Both the position numbers and the translations under genes were made by a program. Of a DNA stretch of 64,000 bases, positions 60,761 through 64,000 are shown in pieces. Below the pieces are notes generated by a model. That model made no database searches, was not told the origin of the DNA, and saw only the letters and a program-made list of their open reading frames with translations. Location: assembly GCA_017616555.1 (NCBI GenBank), contig JAFZXZ010000016.1:24642-88641 (forward strand), read 5' to 3'. How positions within the stretch are numbered: the stretch's first letter is position 1; the number at the start of each line of letters is the position of its first letter. The stretch comes from a bacterium. Its GTDB lineage: Bacteria; Auribacterota; UBA3054.

Positions 60761-60829
60761 AAATAATAACTCCCTTTTTTAAAGATAAAAAACAAGACTT
60801 ATTTAATTATAGCCTTTTTTACCCTGAAT

Positions 60830-62206
60830 TTATCTTTCCGCCTGTCCGTCAACGAAACGGGCGTATTCCGGGTTGAAGATCATCTTTACGGTTCCCGTTG
60901 GTCCGTTGCGCTGTTTGGCTATAATTACTTCCGCCTCGTCGGTGGCGGCTTCCTTGTTGTAGTAGCTGGGACGGTAGAGCATCATTACCATGTCGGCGTC
61001 CTGCTCAATGGAACCGGATTCTCTCAAATGAGAAAGCTGCGGGCGGCTGCCCTTGTCCGTTCCCTGCTCCGCCTGGCGGTTCAGCTGGGAAAGAGCTATG
61101 ACGGGAATACTCAACTCGACGGCCAGGGATTTCAGCGAACGGGAAATATAGCTGATCTCCTGGACGCGGTTGTCTTTGAACTGCTTGTCGCTGCCGGCTG
61201 ACAAAAGCTGGATGTAATCGACAAAAACGGCGGCCAAGTTTGGAGCCTTGGCGCGGAGCAGCTGGCAGCGTGATTTGATGTCGAGAGGAGTAAGGCTAGG
61301 AGAAGAATCGATGAAGAGGTCGAGTTCTTTTAAAACGCCGGCGGCCCTGACCAGTTTGGTGTAGTCCTGTTCGGTCATGTCGCCTCTTCTCAGGTTCTGG
61401 CCCCTGACGCCGGCCCTGGAGGAAAGCAGCCTGGTCACCAGTTCGTTAGGGCCCATTTCCAGGGAGAAGAAAGCCACCGCCGCCTTGTTCCTTTCAGCGA
61501 TATGCTCGGCCATGTTGAGGGCCAGGGCGGTCTTGCCCATGGAGGGGCGGGCCGCCAGAATGATAAGCTCGCCTCCGTGGAAACCGCTTGTCATGTTGTT
61601 GATGTCGCGGAAGCCCGTATCCAGGCCGCTCACGGTGGCGCCGGCGCGGCGCGCCTTGGAAAGTTTTTCCAGTATTTCAATACTGGGCAGCATCAGGTCG
61701 CCGATAGGCGTAAAACCGCGGTTGTTGTCTTTTAAGAGGCCTATCATGCCCTGCTCCGCTTCGGAGATGATCTCCTTGGCGTTGCGTTCGCCGCCCTGAC
61801 ACTCGCTTATAGCCTTGCGGCAGGTGGTGATGAGAGTGCGCAGCAAGGCCTTGTCTTTTACGATCGCGGCGTAGTGCTCCACATTTTCCGTCGTGGGCAC
61901 CATTTCCACCAGCTCGGCCAGATAAGCCGCTCCGCCGGCGGAATTGTAGGCGGCGTTGCCTTCAAGCGCGGCGTGGACGATTATGACGTCCACGCCTTCT
62001 TCATGCTCGAATTTTTCTCTGATGACTGAAAAGATCTCCCGATGCGCAGGCTCGGTGAAAGACTCGCGCGTCACATACCCGAAGGCTTTGGCGCGGGCCT
62101 CTTCATCGACCAGCATGCAGCCCAGAAGACAGCGTTCCGCTTCCAGGTTCCTGGGCGGCTCGTAGTTCGCAAGGGCTTGCGAAGTTTCGCGTTCGGGAGC
62201 ATCCAT
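60830..62206 (-). CDS. dnaB: replicative DNA helicase
   Basis: AARPSMGKT, FFSLEM, DYIQL, LSQLNR, LRESGSIEQDAD, KQRNGPTG; no intein. Confidence 0.97.
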   Translation of the reverse strand: MDAPERETSQALANYEPPRNLEAERCLLGCMLVDEEARAKAFGYVTRESFTEPAHREIFSVIREKFEHEEGVDVIIVHAALEGNAAYNSAGGAAYLAELVEMVPTTENVEHYAAIVKDKALLRTLITTCRKAISECQGGERNAKEIISEAEQGMIGLLKDNNRGFTPIGDLMLPSIEILEKLSKARRAGATVSGLDTGFRDINNMTSGFHGGELIILAARPSMGKTALALNMAEHIAERNKAAVAFFSLEMGPNELVTRLLSSRAGVRGQNLRRGDMTEQDYTKLVRAAGVLKELDLFIDSSPSLTPLDIKSRCQLLRAKAPNLAAVFVDYIQLLSAGSDKQFKDNRVQEISYISRSLKSLAVELSIPVIALSQLNRQAEQGTDKGSRPQLSHLRESGSIEQDADMVMMLYRPSYYNKEAATDEAEVIIAKQRNGPTGTVKMIFNPEYARFVDGQAER

Positions 62207-62215
62207 AAAAGGATA

Positions 62216-62659
62216 TTATTCGCTGACGACCCAAACTTTGAGGGAAGCAGTGACTTCAGGATGAAGCTTGACTTCGACGTTGGTGAGGCCGAGCTGCTTG
62301 ATGGGGGTTTCAAGCTGGATCTTCTTGCTGTCCAAAACGACGTTCTGGGCTTCGAGTTCGTCGGCGATGTCTTTGGCGGTGACGGAGCCGAAGAGCTTCT
62401 CGTCTTCGCCGGCCTTGCGGGCCAGCTTGACGGTGATGTCTTCAAGACGCTTGGCCATTTCCTGGCAGGCTTCCAGCTCTTTGGCTTCCTCGATGCGGCG
62501 GCGGCGGACGATGGCTTCGATCTGATCCTTGGCGTCCTGCGTCGGCTTGTCAGCCAGATGCTTGGGTAAAAGGTAATTGCGGGCGTAGCCTTCAGTAACG
62601 TTCACGATGGTGCCGGCCTTGCCGAGCTTGGGGATATCTACACGTAAAATCAGTTCCAT
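62216..62659 (-). CDS. rplI: 50S ribosomal protein L9
   Basis: LGKAG..V.V.EGYARNYLLP, KLFGSV, IKQLG. Confidence 0.97.
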   Translation of the reverse strand: MELILRVDIPKLGKAGTIVNVTEGYARNYLLPKHLADKPTQDAKDQIEAIVRRRRIEEAKELEACQEMAKRLEDITVKLARKAGEDEKLFGSVTAKDIADELEAQNVVLDSKKIQLETPIKQLGLTNVEVKLHPEVTASLKVWVVSE

Positions 62660-62676
62660 AGATCCTTCCTTAATGA

Positions 62677-62916
62677 TTAGTCTTCATTGTGCACATCGCC
62701 CACGTAAGGCAATAGAGCCATAAAGCGGGCCAGTTTGACGGCTTTGGCCAGTTTGCGCTGGCACTTGGCGCAGTTGCCGCTGACGTAGCGGGGCACGATG
62801 CGGCCGTAGTCGGTCAGAAAAGGCTTCAAAGTTTCGACGTCTTTGTAGTCGATGGTCTTCTTTTCCTGGCAAAAACTGCAGGGCAGTTTTTCGATTTTTC
62901 TTCTTTTGACAGTCAT
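62677..62916 (-). CDS. rpsR: 30S ribosomal protein S18 (Zn-ribbon form)
   Basis: [30 protein letters not shown]. Confidence 0.96.
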   Translation of the reverse strand: MTVKRRKIEKLPCSFCQEKKTIDYKDVETLKPFLTDYGRIVPRYVSGNCAKCQRKLAKAVKLARFMALLPYVGDVHNED

Positions 62917-62949
62917 GATTTTTGTCCGAGTATAGATTGTTAATTATTA

Positions 62950-63798
62950 TCAAAGGTCAAAGGCGCTTTGTCCTTTATTTTCTTCCACAGGCTCCGCCTC
63001 GAGTTCGTCGAGATTTGAAACCTCTTCCACTTTCGTGTTCTCAGCTTCCTTAGCGTTTACTTCGGGAACAGTCAGCTCTTCGCCTTCGCCCCGGGCTTCG
63101 TTTATGATTTCGGGAACGTTCAGAGCAGGCTCGACCTTATAGGATTCGTCGCCCGTGAATTCGTAGGCTAAGCTTGGATAGTTCTTGAGGTAGCCCCTGG
63201 AAGTCGTCTTCCAGTTGAAGGCGCGGGTCTCGCCGGGCCAGACGATTATGGTCTGCCCGTCGGTGTCCCACTCCGTCTTGTCGGTCGTCACGTTGCGGTT
63301 GTCAAGCGACGCAAGGATGCGGCTGTAATCGCGTTCGTTCATGACCTGACCGCTCGCTGCCACGATCTCTTCGGGGGAAGCAAAACCCCATTTGATGACG
63401 TAGCCGTTCTTCATGCTCATATTGACGTCTGAAGAGAACCAGGTCATGGGGTTGAGGCCGGACTGCTCGAACCACGAGAGAGGATTGGGTATCTCACCCT
63501 GCTCAACCATGATCAAGCTGCCGTTCTCCACTAAGAAATAGCGGCGGGCGTTGGACATTCTCGGAGTAAGCGGCGAAGACGGTTCTTTGTCTTCGGCCAA
63601 CTCTTTCAAAGTCTCGCAATAGGCTGCCCTTTTGGCGGGGTCGCTGCTGGGACTGCCGAACCCTTCGTAGCGCACGACAGCTTCCGCAGTGTCGCTGTCA
63701 ACGATAGCGACTCTCCAGTCTTCCGTCTCGTAGGGCGGAATGGAGGAGCAGGCGGAAAGCAGAAGCGCCAGAATGGTCAAGCAAAGGACGTTGCGCAT
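62950..63798 (-). CDS. hypothetical lipoprotein with acidic C-terminal tail
   Basis: lipobox LLSAC; no OB-fold SSB motifs recognised. Confidence 0.75.
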   Translation of the reverse strand: MRNVLCLTILALLLSACSSIPPYETEDWRVAIVDSDTAEAVVRYEGFGSPSSDPAKRAAYCETLKELAEDKEPSSPLTPRMSNARRYFLVENGSLIMVEQGEIPNPLSWFEQSGLNPMTWFSSDVNMSMKNGYVIKWGFASPEEIVAASGQVMNERDYSRILASLDNRNVTTDKTEWDTDGQTIIVWPGETRAFNWKTTSRGYLKNYPSLAYEFTGDESYKVEPALNVPEIINEARGEGEELTVPEVNAKEAENTKVEEVSNLDELEAEPVEENKGQSAFDL

Positions 63799-63805
63799 AG
63801 TTTTC

Positions 63806-64000
63806 TTATTTTTCAGTTACTTGAATCAGATAACGAAGAACATCCGCGTTCAAAACGCAGCGTCTCTTGAAATCGCTGACAGCCGCGGGCGGCATGGCGA
63901 AGTTGATCTGATAATAGAAGCCCTCGTTGCAGTGGGCAATGGGGTAGCACAGCACTTTCTGGCCGATCTCCTCGGTCTTCTCGATAGTGCCGCCAAAACG
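63806..64000 (-). CDS. rpsF: 30S ribosomal protein S6, 3' part (truncated by window edge; not in ORF track)
   Basis: hand translation RFGGTIEKTEEIGQKVLCYPIAHCNEGFYYQINFAMPPAAVSDFKRRCVLNADVLRYLIQVTEK* fits the S6 pattern (G...L.Y.I....EG.Y, VLRY); position upstream of rpsR-rplI. Confidence 0.88.
   Translation of the reverse strand, partial: RFGGTIEKTEEIGQKVLCYPIAHCNEGFYYQINFAMPPAAVSDFKRRCVLNADVLRYLIQVTEK

Noticed and set aside
60830-62206. inteins or introns in dnaB, gyrA or gyrB
   Set aside because: Lengths and motif spacing are normal; the GyrB extra segment is the known TOPRIM insertion, with no intein splice motifs.

Overview
This is a bacterial chromosomal window under the standard genetic code, from a diderm organism. 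PEP-CTERM proteins, lgt/lnt, a secretin and a V-type ATPase suggest a PVC-like uncultured lineage (inference only). Most of it is housekeeping: priA, tig, gyrA/gyrB, cysE, V-ATPase B/D, purB, fabF, znuABC, truB, pssA, lnt/lgt, an NtrC-type two-component pair, rpsA, metK, dnaB, rplI, rpsR, a partial rpsF, tRNA-Leu and tRNA-Asp. Accessory surface-protein genes are interspersed. No transposase, integrase, reverse transcriptase or CRISPR array was seen. The most unusual locus is 53811-55517. It appears to be a single-ORF polyprotein: signal peptide, domain, an INTERNAL PEP-CTERM sorting signal, a second signal peptide, then an FGE/C-type-lectin-fold domain. Its last ~31 codons switch abruptly to NNC codons, the pattern expected of a diversity-generating-retroelement variable region served in trans. 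Other oddities are a second gene with an internal signal peptide, an internally deleted S8/PEP-CTERM paralog, a NUDIX-HemW fusion, a lipoprotein in the ssb slot of the rpsF-rpsR operon, a split V-ATPase operon with an inserted repeat protein, and several palindromic intergenic elements. All calls come from motif recognition by eye; no searches were run.
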